Program-made: the position numbers and the translations under genes | Shown here: one piece after another, positions 12,101 to 23,180 of the stretch | Layout of the letters: every line of letters starts with the position of its first letter | Numbering within the stretch: position 1 is the stretch's first letter | Notes under the pieces: model-generated | What the model was told of the DNA's origin: nothing | Seen by the model: only the letters and a program-made list of their open reading frames with translations | The model's database searches: none | Assembly (NCBI GenBank): GCA_049999805.1 | Contig: JBNGIO010006230.1 | Span: 67,494 to 131,493 of the forward strand | Source of the DNA: Folioceros fuciformis | Lineage: Eukaryota | Direction of reading: 5' to 3' | Length of the DNA: 64,000 nucleotides

Positions 12101-13275
12101 AACAATATCAGCATAAACACCCGCTTTCCGATCTAAAATCGTCTGTGGCACCAACTCCTGCACCCTGGCCTCCTGGCCCGACCTCGTTGAAGGTGCTGGA
12201 GACGGGCGCCAGCCAATCTGGGGTGAAGCACCAGATGGCGAATTGGAAATCCTTGGGGTGGGGGCAAACGGGAGTCGACTGAGGTTGTTCAAGAACTCGC
12301 GCTTATCCTTCTGCCAGTCATCCTGGGGCAAATCAAGGCAGTCATCCTGATGAAAGGCGGCCCCCACTGTATATCCTATGAACCAAAGGACAAGGAAAAT
12401 CCTTGACCCAATCTCTTGAACACCGACAAGCCACACCTCAATTGATTTCATCATGTAGTCATCAAATTTTCTTTGATTGTCCCGCTGAGCTTCTTGAATC
12501 GCAGATAGCACTGCCATTTCATGCACCTGGCGCACGTATGTAGCCTCCCCTCAGTTGTCCTGACGCAGTCCCATCATTGCATCACAAAAACCAACAGTAT
12601 CAGACATATCGTGCACCTGCTGGAGATACTCTTCCACACTCGTTGCTTCGACAGGGAAAACATCTTCGAAGGTTGTCTGCACAAACAGGTTAAGCTGAAT
12701 AGACTAAGGAAAAGCAGCAAGAAAAAAAAAGTTGTGCTTGGACGTTCCACTGTCAGTCGCAGAATACCTTCAATTCAAAGGACTTCAAATCCCTTGTCAG
12801 CTGGTCGGCATTGATACCCTCCCTCGCTAGCAACCTATCCAATGGAAGCAACAGTGACGCACGTCATGGAAAAAATGCAAGCCCAACCGAATGGAAATTC
12901 TCTGGAGATAGTTTCCGCAGTCCAACATTGAAATCAATGAGAATCCTTGCTAAGTAGCATTTCCATGGCCGAGTGCAGAAGCATACCGCGTAGCAGCAAT
13001 CGCCTCCCCAGGAGTTTCAAACCTTGAAGTCTTGGCTTTCAGCTGCCTGGACAGTGTCTCCAACTGGTCGAGGTTCCTCTGTTCCACACACCCAACCCAC
13101 TAAAAATCAACTCAACGTCCACACCCACTCACCCAATTCCGCACACTCCTGGAGAGCGTGCAGCCAACCCGACCTGGATCGAAGGAAAATGTGCTGATGG
13201 TGTGGAGGTATGTAGAAGCTGCGACGAGCTGTGCAGCAGATCTGCCCAGCTCCTCATGTCTGTGTCGCCCGCCAT
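9152..13275 (-). CDS. NUP93: Nuclear pore complex protein NUP93/Nic96, multi-exon
   Basis: N-terminus MAGDTDMRSWADLLHSSSQLL...FPSIQRNLDQLE, then 'QVHEMAVLSAIQEAQRDN', 'TIEDFLWFKL', 'DPLVYPYVLLLSLQL' and C-terminus 'WPHDLYERVARML*' match plant NUP93. Confidence 0.95.
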
Positions 13276-13741
13276 CGCGCCGCAACAACCCTACCAAGCC
13301 AAGCTCAAGAACAGGGCAAGGACGTGTGGCTGGTGGTAATCTAGCTACGGAGCTGGCATTCTCCAGGCACGGTGCTTCCCATTCCGACCAAACTCTCCAG
13401 TTCTGCTTGTCATTGAATCCTTTTCCATGACCCTTACCGCTGTAATTGGCCACTTCGCCTGGACCCGTCCTTGGCGCCCACTTTTTGAGTTGTTGTGCGC
13501 GCGGACCCGGGACATTTTAGAAACATGATTTTCTGAGGAGACGTCCTTTCGAACAGGACGAATCGCCGTGAGCTCACATCAACTTTCTAGGTTTTGTCTC
13601 GAGGTCAAGGTTTCTCGACACCCACACTGCACCTCCGCAGCAAATGCCAGGAGGATCCATGCTTACATCGTTTTTCCTTTTACTAAGTTGGATATCCGGT
13701 CACCGAGATGATCCTCTGCGGATTGGGGACAAGGATGCCAG

Positions 13742-15084
13742 ATGCGGCAAGCCGTTCCAATTTGTGACCAGGTTGAGAAGATCCGAGGAGCACTTGAGAG
13801 GATCATGACCTCTGAGGCTCAGAGTGATGACGGTTTGGAGGGTGCTGCTGCCCGGGAGGAGGCGGATTCTTTGTCTGGCCACGATGCAGCCGCTGACGAG
13901 ATCACGGCTGAGAATGCCATCCCTGTCTCGGTTTTGAAATCCTGTGAAGCGTCTGCTGAAAAGGTTGTGGAGGCGGAGCTGGAGGTGGAGGTGGAAAGGG
14001 CTCTGCTTGTCCCGCCTAGCAAGACACAGTCCCTTGACGCGGACTTGCGAGCTGTAAATCAGACCCTGTTCCCGCCAGCAGTTGAGCTGCCACCACGGCC
14101 CTTACCAGCCAACGAGTGCAATTTCAAGCACTATTTTGCTCTGGGTATTGCACGGCCGCAGGTTTGGAAGAGAAGCTTCTGTTGGGAGTTTGGGTTCTCA
14201 CCTTCTGTGGATTCCTGTGGCTGCAGATGTTGGCAAGGAGTTGCAGGACCAGTACATATACCGACATGCCAACGGGTAAGCTCCTCTATCACTGCGCCAA
14301 CTGTGTTTCTCGCTCCATTTCAGATCAGACGTGGTACCATTCAAGTGAAGGTTATTTGAGAATGGAATTAGCTGATGCGCCGCCTGCACAGGTTGTGTGT
14401 GGTCGGTCTAGCACCATCCCATCCTGCCTTATCTTCGACTACTTCCATTGAGCAAGTGGATTTCAATGTAGGCAAGCAGAGTAGGGCGGATATGAAGGTT
14501 TCGGGAAAGAACAAGAAGGTAGGGGTATACTTGTGTCATCGAACCTGCAAGTTTTTAAAGGAGCACCGACACTGATTATCCATCCTGTGTGCTCATAATA
14601 GAACGGACGTGCCTTGGAAGCCAATTCCGTGTTGTGCAAGGTGGTCGCAGGCGATGCCTTCTACCTTCCCAGGTCCGTGCTGCTCTTGTCGTTGTAGGTC
14701 ATGAATCATTGTGCTAGGGTTGATAACACTAAGATGTGACAGTGAACGGAACGCAGATGTTGTGTACGAGGCGTCCTTTTGGAAGTGAATGAGCGGCTCA
14801 TCCAAAATCCATCCTTGCTGCAGACTAGGGTAGAACATTCTCTGATACTTTGCGAGTAAAGGTTGTGTCAGTCGTCCAGGGCTGAGCAAGGCACTCCTTA
14901 TGTGATTTCTTGTACGCAGGCATCTACAGAAGGTCACATAGCTATCTTGATGCCAAGGCCAGAGGACTGGGCGAAAGTCGAGAAGACCTTATGCACCCGG
15001 GAACAGTACAGTATCCTAAGAGGCATAAGGTACTACGATCACAGGAGTGGGTCAAGAAACCGTGGTTTGGGAGCCGAAAACTGA
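13742..15084 (+). CDS. ABITRAM: Protein Abitram/FAM206A (Simiate) homolog, single-hybrid motif, multi-exon; ends approximate
   Basis: Spliced peptides HYFAL-DVGKELQDQYIYRHANG-LCVVGLAPSHPAL...MKVSGKNKK-NGRALEANSVLCKV...[36 protein letters not shown] match FAM206A motifs. Confidence 0.85.
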
Positions 15085-15383
15085 GCTTAAGGCTCAGTTG
15101 TTTCGGCGGGGACTTCCCTGTGATCCCTCAGTTGCAGCTAGTTTTAGTGCCATGCCCTGCACCATCCTTCGATATCCTTACCACCTTCTCGTTATTTTTA
15201 ATTCTGAACCGGATGTCCACGCTGTGTCCTAATGGCTCTAGTAGATCCCAACTCGATTTGGCCATGTTTCGACTTCAGCTCGTTGTTCTCAGAGATCGCG
15301 TAAAACGGTGCAATAAAGAGCGTATTTTTCCTGTAGCGAATATGGGGGAACAGGGATTGATCTTTCTACATCACAGGTGGTTC

Positions 15384-15642
15384 ACCCAGCCCCAAAATTT
15401 CGTCAAACTTGGCTGCCAGGAAGGTGATCTCCGGCTCCTTGGTGGCCTCGGTGAACACCTGCCCCTTCACCACGATGTCCCCAAGCGTCAGGTCGTCCTA
15501 GCCCAGGAAGCCGGACATGGAGCCGGTTCCGTAAGGTTGGAGCTCCCCGTGTCGAAGGTGACGGTGAACTTCTGCGCCGGAATCCCAGCTCGATCGCGCC
15601 ATAGCACTGCGCATCCAGGTAGTTGTTCAAGGCCACGTAGTC
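15384..15642 (-). pseudogene. Fragment of phytepsin-type (A1) aspartic protease, disabled
   Basis: DYVALNNYLDAQCYGAIELG / (frameshift) IPAQKFTVTFDTGSSNL / (deletion) [49 protein letters not shown], with a TAG at 15498-15500. Confidence 0.88.
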
Positions 15643-15790
15643 CGGGGACGAGCCCACCAACTCGTTCTCCTCAAGGTTCAGCACGGATAGCAGCCCGTGC
15701 ATGCCGATGAAGTCCGGGATGGAACCCACGACGTTGCACCTGGACACGGTCAGGTTTTGCAGCGCCGTGGCATGCTCCAACTCACCGATT
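15643..15790 (-). pseudogene. Plant extracellular LRR fragment (about 2 repeats) fused in frame to the protease fragment
   Basis: ELEHATALQNLTVSRCNVVGSIPDFIGMHGLLSVLNLEENELVGSSP fits the LxxLxLxxNxLxGxIP consensus. Confidence 0.7.
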
Positions 15791-16183
15791 CGACTGTCTC
15801 CTCGTCGATTTCGATCCGGTTCCCAACCTCCAATTTCATAGCTCCGCTCTCGGACTCCAGGACCCCAGTCGAACCAGCGCAGGTATGGAATCCCCGGTTC
15901 TCTCCCGCACCGGAGTCCGGGCGTCCGGCGGTGTGGTCGGTTCCCCGGTTGCCCCTTTCCCACGTAGGAAGTCGTAGAGCGGGACTCCGGTAAGTATCCT
16001 AGAAACTTAGGGAACTGAGATTTTATTGAAAGACGATGGAAAACCCATCTACCTATAGACAAATTACAAACACCAACCAAGACAACTTACAAACACAAAG
16101 GCTACCAACCCAAGAGGACTAACCCCCCAACTTTAGAGCCCTAAGCCCTGCCTTCAAAGTTCTCTATACAAATAATATTTACG

Positions 16184-18007
16184 TTAAATATAGCTATAAT
16201 TATCTGCATCGGGACTATCATTGTAATACCCATAATAATCTTGCGTCGAAGCAGGAGCTGGCCCTGCAACTCGAGCTGGAGCAAGAGCAGGCCCTGCACC
16301 TCGAGCTGGAGCTGGAGCTGGAGCAGGAGCAGGCCCTGCACCTCGAGCTGGAGCCGGAGCAGGAGCAGGAGCAGGCCCTGCACCTCGAGCTGGAGCTGGA
16401 GCCGGAGCAGGAGCAGGAGCAGGCCCTGCACCTCGAGCTGGAGCCGGAGCAGGAGCAGGAGCAGGCCCTGCACCTCGAGCTGGAGCTGGAGCTGGAGCTA
16501 GAGCAGGAGCCGGGCCTGCAACTCGAGCTGGAGCTAGAGCAGGAGCCGGGCCTGCAACTCGAGCTGGAGCTAGAGCAGGAGCCGGGCCTGCAACTCGAGC
16601 TGGAGCAGGAGCCCGCCCTGCAACTCGACCTGGAGCTGGAGCCGACCCTGCAACTCGACCTGGAGCTAAAGCTGGAATAATAGGGGTGTTCCCAACGCTC
16701 GGTGCCAATGGTGTTGAATTAGGCGTAACAGGTGTTGTGGAAGGTGAAATAGTAGGAGTCGAGGGTGGTGCCATGGTAGGTTCTGCTGCCAATGGTGCAC
16801 TCGAAGATGACGGGGATGTAGGCGAAACCAACGGTGTTGCCAATGGTGGTTCACCCAGAGACGGTTGCCTCGATGGTGAAAAATCAATAGTAATATTGAT
16901 ATCGATGTTAATAATAACATCAATGATATTCTTAGCAAAGATTGTTTCCTCATAATGAAATGACCCAAAACAAAGTTTGTGTGCAATGATCCTGTTCAAT
17001 GCTTGCGATGCATGAAACGCGTCCCACCAAGGAAGCTTTCTTGCATGCTGGCAAGGTATAGTACCATTTTGACAAAAAGTTTTACCATTAAAAGCTCCTC
17101 CTCCACAACATGCCATATTACTTTCAAATCCATGACTAGAAAGATTTTTTATCACATGGTGAGTAATCTGATAAGTAGGGGCCACAAATACTTTTGCTCC
17201 TTGTATTCCATCGTTTTGTTGAAGCATATCCTTCATTGTAGCTCGAAGCTTGTTGTTGTAACCTACAATCTTTTGGTTGATGTGACCTATACATTGTCCT
17301 GATGAATTATTTGTTGCATTATACTTTGCTAGTAAGAAGGGCATACATCCCAAAGGCTGCACCTCAGTTATGACAAACTTCCGCGCTCCTAGATTGTAAA
17401 AGTTTTGAATCATATCTTTAAAGTCACCTAGAATGTTCTCGATGAATTGATCAGTTTCGTTCAATGTTGTTGCATTACCGCTGGTAAGAAATTCCATCCA
17501 ATCATTATTTCCTGCTGACACATAAATTAGAGAGTTGGCCACATGATCAGCATAATTTGTTGGATCCTGTCCATGAAGTTGGCTTAATGTATCTTCTCTA
17601 AAATACATAAGTTGATCCCTTAATGATAAAACATTTCCATATTGACGTACACCCGTCTCACGAAGAATACCAGACCTAGCTGACCCAAAATTTATACCCA
17701 CGCTAAGATTATTAGCTTGAGGATTTAAATAAGGAAGTGGAAGATGAGTCAAATTGAGGTGCTTGGCTACAAAGTCAACAACGAGCAAACCATTAGTATG
17801 TCGTCCCGTAGCTTTATGATGCGCAAAGTCTTGCCCATATGGAGGGAAGTCTGCTCGAGCTAGCCCATGAGTATTCCGATGCTGGTTATTACCAGCATCT
17901 ACAGATGAGTCTCCAAAGATATATAGACTATTAAAATTCTTGGCCCTTGTGTAGGGCAACTGACTCAAAACAAGCAAAAAACACAAAAGAAGAAAAAACT
18001 TATTCAT
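16184..18007 (-). CDS. Secreted GDSL (SGNH) esterase/lipase with C-terminal Pro/Ala-rich AGP-like extension, intronless
   Basis: Signal peptide, FGDSSVDAGNN, PPYGQDF, ATGRHTNG, GINFGSARSGI, GNND, LGARKF, PLGCMP, CCG and WWDAFHAS motifs, followed by a PAPA repeat tail. Confidence 0.93.
   Translation of the reverse strand: MNKFFLLLCFLLVLSQLPYTRAKNFNSLYIFGDSSVDAGNNQHRNTHGLARADFPPYGQDFAHHKATGRHTNGLLVVDFVAKHLNLTHLPLPYLNPQANNLSVGINFGSARSGILRETGVRQYGNVLSLRDQLMYFREDTLSQLHGQDPTNYADHVANSLIYVSAGNNDWMEFLTSGNATTLNETDQFIENILGDFKDMIQNFYNLGARKFVITEVQPLGCMPFLLAKYNATNNSSGQCIGHINQKIVGYNNKLRATMKDMLQQNDGIQGAKVFVAPTYQITHHVIKNLSSHGFESNMACCGGGAFNGKTFCQNGTIPCQHARKLPWWDAFHASQALNRIIAHKLCFGSFHYEETIFAKNIIDVIINIDINITIDFSPSRQPSLGEPPLATPLVSPTSPSSSSAPLAAEPTMAPPSTPTISPSTTPVTPNSTPLAPSVGNTPIIPALAPGRVAGSAPAPGRVAGRAPAPARVAGPAPALAPARVAGPAPALAPARVAGPAPALAPAPAPARGAGPAPAPAPAPARGAGPAPAPAPAPAPARGAGPAPAPAPAPARGAGPAPAPAPAPARGAGPALAPARVAGPAPASTQDYYGYYNDSPDADNYSYI
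16248..16667. repeat. Coding tandem repeat (27-45 bp units) encoding (A)RV/GAGPAPA(PA)n
   Basis: Repeated ctcgagctggag(c)...aggagcaggccctgca units. Confidence 0.92.
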
Positions 18008-18915
18008 ACTGACACCGTACTTAGGTGCCTACACTGCTAGGATTCAAGGACTCTGCCTAGTGCTCTACAATTATTGTTAGTAGAGAACGTTTATGGCTTT
18101 AGCCTCTTGCCTCCGAGACTAAATCAATTGTCTAGCAAAAGAGTTTGTGTTAGAGTGAATGCCAGTAGTGGCTTTATATAGCCACCATTGTATATCACCT
18201 AAATGGGGATTTCAAGAACTACTAATCTTTATTTGTTTTGTAAGTTCATTATCCACCTTAGATCTTCACGAATAGAATTAGAAATGCAAACTTTTAACTT
18301 AAATGGAAAAACTTTTTAAGACAAGCAATTTGTACAAAAATTTGTGACTGTAGGATCATCTTGATGCTATATTTGAATGTATGGATGTACGTTATTAGCA
18401 TCTTACCATAATGGAGATTTTAAGAATTGCTTATTCCATTTGATCGTACAAGTTTATTGTCCAATTACAGAGGAATATGGAGGATTGGGGTGTATATGCC
18501 TTTCTATGGTCATGATTGGCAACCGTCAGTCTTTATGAACGGTTGAGGAGCAAAGGCAGGTTTGCTTGGGATATGTAGGAGTGTCCTTAGACGTCTATTA
18601 TCTCTTCTCTGTAGTCCTCTCCAGGTATGAAGACGATATCAACTTGATCTCTCGGCAGCATATGTACCTCAGAAGTCTGAGGACTACCTTCCCAGCCAGT
18701 TTCTGGTCTACAGACCTTTGAGGTCTCGCTTGCTCACCCTACGAATTGTAAAATGATCAGAGTAGAGCATTGGGCATAGAACTGTTTGCCCAGTTTCAGC
18801 GTGATGCTAAGCATGCGCTCGTCCAGGCTTCAGTCGTGCACAAAAAAACTTTTGTACAAAGTGTGTCTCTGTCTCAATGCGAGAATGCTGTAAAAAAGTA
18901 CAAAGTGTCTTGTGT

Positions 18916-19932
18916 CTAGATTTTCAGGAGGCCAACTGACTCCGCCAGATCAGCTTCAGTGTGGTACTGCTCCCCATAAAACACTCTATCCACGACGTGG
19001 ACGGGAAGGGCATAAGCTGGGTCTACAGGTTTGAGCCCAGGGTACTCCAGAAGGGACAACCCTGCAACCCCGAAAAAAGTGTGAAAGACATCCACAGCAT
19101 CATTTGGCCGGTCCGAAATACCTCCTCGGTCTTCATCCTGACAATCCAGAATGAAATTCTGCAGTTTTTCTTTGTCTAGCCAGTGTGCACGATCAATAAT
19201 GACCAGACTGGACAGCACCCACCATGAGTAGCAAACATCAGGAAGCTTCTCTGGTCGTCCATTCAGGCCTCCATCTTTGACTTGCCTCTCACACAACCAC
19301 CAACCAAGGATATCCCTGTCAACATGATGCAGCGCCCCTGCAATGGCGAGGGCTCCTACACAGCAAAAAATCTGCCCGGCATGTGATTCTCCTCCTGGAG
19401 TGCAACCAAAACCACCGTCGAAATTTTTACAGCTGGCTACGAAATCCGTAGCTTTTTTCAAATCGATCTTGTCTAACCGCTTGACAAGGGAAAGACAGCT
19501 TATGGCAGCGTACGAGAAACGGGTATCGATCTCCCCCCATTCATCTCCAGAAAATGACCCATCAGCTTGCTGCAGTCCTGCGATGTAACCTGCAGTCTTA
19601 TCTGCATCCAGAACGTGAAGCTTGTTGTGAAGAGCCAATATTTGCACAGCACTTAGAGTGTAAAGTATATGCGGATCGTGACCAACATTGCCGCTAAAGC
19701 CTCCACAATCATGCTGACACCGGAGAACCCAGGAAACTATTTCTGCCTCGTCCATGTCACCCAAGCTCCCCAGAATATCCATGGCAGTGAGCCCCCAATA
19801 GGCTCCGCTCATCCTCAAATGTTCCATGACAATCGAATCAAAATCTGTCTTCTTGTCCAACGATTTGATGTAGTCCACGTGCTTCTGCACCTGCAAACCT
19901 GACGAAGCTCTGTGTTCATCATCCTCCGCCAT
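18916..19932 (-). CDS. RGTB: Rab geranylgeranyltransferase (type II) beta subunit, intronless
   Basis: [68 protein letters not shown] and [14 protein letters not shown] motifs; ATG at 19932. Confidence 0.97.
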   Translation of the reverse strand: MAEDDEHRASSGLQVQKHVDYIKSLDKKTDFDSIVMEHLRMSGAYWGLTAMDILGSLGDMDEAEIVSWVLRCQHDCGGFSGNVGHDPHILYTLSAVQILALHNKLHVLDADKTAGYIAGLQQADGSFSGDEWGEIDTRFSYAAISCLSLVKRLDKIDLKKATDFVASCKNFDGGFGCTPGGESHAGQIFCCVGALAIAGALHHVDRDILGWWLCERQVKDGGLNGRPEKLPDVCYSWWVLSSLVIIDRAHWLDKEKLQNFILDCQDEDRGGISDRPNDAVDVFHTFFGVAGLSLLEYPGLKPVDPAYALPVHVVDRVFYGEQYHTEADLAESVGLLKI

Positions 19933-20092
19933 ACCTTCTCCCCTACTCAAACTAGCAGTCAACGCGCACTGCTCTGTGGTGATGCACGTACTTGTCAGTC
20001 GTACTGAATTAGGGCTCTAAGTTTGCCGAGGTGTAGTCAAATTACTACAACGAATCAGTGTCTTCGGAAGGCAGCTACGATCTGGAATTGCA

Positions 20093-22692
20093 ATGAGCCC
20101 CGCCAAGCTGCGATGCCACGATTATGGTGGCAAGATTGTATGGACGCTGGGTGTGCTCATAGCGCTTATGGCGCGACTGGCTCTACACGTCGCCGGAGTG
20201 CAGACAGTTCTAGGCAGACGTGTGGAGGTGGCCACTCCCCTGAACAGTTTGTTTCGATGTACGGCTCCTGGATCTAACTTAGACCTAACTTGGTACATGG
20301 TGCTGATCTGAATTGTAAGGAGTTTTCAATGAACTGCAGTGCTGGCACCTCTTATTTGTCTCTGTTCGTTGCAGTGGCTGAGGGGCACTGGCTGAGGCAG
20401 CTTGGGTTATCACCGTATGCAGGTTGTTTGAACTTGAGTATTAATCTATATATCATGCTCTCAGCTTGATTCCGTAAGCTTGTCTAGTTTGAGTAATTAT
20501 CTGTCCTGTGCAGGTTCTGCATACCATGGGTCGCCTCTACTTCTGTCAGTCCTAGGACCTCTGCTTCACAGAAGGTCTGCTTTGCTTTTGATCGTTTTCT
20601 TGAATTGTCCTCTACCTTGCAGGTCTGAAAGGTGGCTGGAAGGGCGCAATACCTCTCTTAATGCATTGACATCAGTTGTCATCAGTATGGTGATGTTCTT
20701 GGTTGCAGATATTCTTGCAGCTCTCCTACTACATGCTATTGGTCATCGTCAAAATGTCACCCATTCACGGAATATGGCATCGCTAGGAATAAATCTATCA
20801 AACGATTGTGAGCTCACTCAGCACCTAACCTGTAACACAGCAGTGTGCTTTTCAAGCAATGTTTGTGTCTGGATTTTCTTACTGTTTTCTATTGAGAATC
20901 CCGTCTGGTGGAGTTTAACGTAGTCTACTTTGTATTTTTCAGGGCGAAATTCTATCAGAGATTTTGCGGGGCTGCTATATCTTGTTAATCCTTTGACGAT
21001 TGTGAGTTGCGTTGGGGGTTCATCATCTCCAGTTGAGAACTTGGTGACCATTCTTGGAATCTATGGGGCAGTTACAGGTGAGGGTCCACAGCATTGTAAG
21101 TCTTTCTCTGCATTCAGTGTCTTAATAAAAGCCTTGAGTACTGAACAGTGGCTACATGTAGGTAATATTCCTTTGGCCGCCTTCGGGTGGGTTTTATCTA
21201 CACACCTATCCATGTATCCTGCGATACTGATCATTCCAGTACCTTTCTGAACCCACAACGTTTGCCTTAAGTTTAAGATTGCTGAGGAAAAGGGTATCCC
21301 TGTATTGAACTAGGTTTGCTGATCGTTTCAGATCGCGTTTATGCTGGTTTCTGGTCTAGACAGGCCCCAACGGAAGTTGTATGCTCTTGGTAAAGGGGCG
21401 AACCCTGGCATGAAGCTCGAAACAGAGCAAAAGGAAGATGATGACGTTCTTAGAGGGAAAGGTTGTGCAGGTCCGAGAGGGGCTGCCTTGAGAGACCTGG
21501 TAACCTGGTCAACAATTTGGTGGCTATGTATTCTAGGATTGTGCAGCCTGGCCTTGGGCACAACGAGCAGCCTGAACGAAATGTTTATGCAGTATGAAAT
21601 CTTACTACTGTGGCTGTCGAACTTCTCTTTGGTGCCAAACCAGTTCTTCAAATTAGCTGAAGACCTTGTCCTCTATGTCCCTGCAGGACCTACGGGTTTA
21701 CACTAACTGTGAATGATCTCACTCCAAACTTGGGGCTCTTCTGGTAAACTCATCACAATAAAAACCCTTTTTTGTTGAGCATTTCTGACCTTCGTTCGAA
21801 GTCAAGTGTTTATGAATCGCGACATTCTTAACAGGTACTTCTTCACAGAGATGTATAATCACTTTCGGGCCTTCTTCACCGTTGTGTTCCATGCAAATAT
21901 TATGTTTCTGATTGTACCACTCACTGTCCGAATGCCACACCGGCCGCTCTTTTTGTCATGTATCATGCTGGTTATCTGCTCTCTCCTTAAGTCCTACCCG
22001 TCTGTGAGAGTTCGCTCACGAAACCCTTTGCAATGAAGTATGATTCAGCCATCTGATCCCGCAGTAAGGCTGGGAAGTGACACCTTGTGCTCTTGTTTTG
22101 ACGGACCTATTGTCAGGTTGGCGATGCAGCTCTCTACTATGGCTTTCTTCCCCTCTTTGCCCAAGAGCTATCTGGTATCTTCAAACTGCTGTTTGGATTT
22201 TGTAATTTTCATACATGAAGGAAGTGTCGCTGACCGCTTATCTGACACTCGCAGAAATGAGGTTCACTTTTCTTCTGCTGTTTGGCGAAGTTTTGGTGAT
22301 GTTTTTGGGCCCGGTGATGTACAACCTGTGGATCTGGAGGGTATTTTCTCCCACCTAGTCCAATTCTCGTTTGCGCTTGTTTCCTCCTTGTACTACCCCC
22401 TCACGCGATTTTCTTTACTCCCAGGGAACAGGAAATGCCAACTTCTACTTTGCCATTTCTTTGCTTTATGCCACTCTCAAGGTGAGATCCTTGTCCTTCA
22501 TCTACGCCTCGGCTTGCCACGAGAGCCTGCATATATCACGACTGTGACTGTGCTTTAAACTCTTGTTTTCGTCTGCAGACGATCTTAGTTGTAGAATGCT
22601 TGGGGACGATGATCCGACACGATCGGCATCTGAAGATAGCATTGGAGCAGCGGAGTTCTGTTGATAAGGTCCTCGATGGTAAAAGAGACTAG
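20093..22692 (+). CDS. PIGU: GPI transamidase component PIG-U, multi-exon
   Basis: RRVEVATPLNSLFRLAEGHWL...SPYAGSAYHGSPLLL, YLVNPLTIVSC, HLSMYP, DLTPNLGLFWYFFTEM, LKSYPSVGD and WIWRGTGNANFYFA. Confidence 0.93.
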
Positions 22693-23180
22693 AATTGGAC
22701 ATAATAGACGGGGCTCTCCTCGTAAGCGCTCTGTATCTAGTCCGTGCTTGTCGTATGACCTGAGAGAATCATGGAAACCGTTTGCTCTCGGAGGCCTATC
22801 TGTGCACCGTCACAACAATCAAGTCATTACAATCAAGTTATTGGCGGAAGATTCGCATGTTACCTTGTTAGTGTATGTTACCCCTTCACATCACACATCT
22901 CAGGCTGGCTTCTTTCACAGCGGGCAGGAATTTTGCACCTCATGTTCGACGCTGGAACCCTGGCGGCATATCACTTCACGCAATGGAAAGTCCATCAGGA
23001 AACGTTCTATGTGACTCTGCGTGGTCTTGGGCAGTTGAAGCTTGAACGTGAGGGCTGTCAGCGGGTTTCATATCTCAATGGTAGATAATTCATCTCCAGC
23101 TGATATGCAATGTGCTGAAACTGGCCACGAGACGAGTGGACCGGCTAGCCAGGGCCACATCCCGGAAAAGATTCTAGAGA

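Noticed and set aside
14910-15710. 266-aa plus-strand ORF
   Set aside because: Spans the ABITRAM last exon in another frame and the antisense of the protease pseudogene; no coherent domain.
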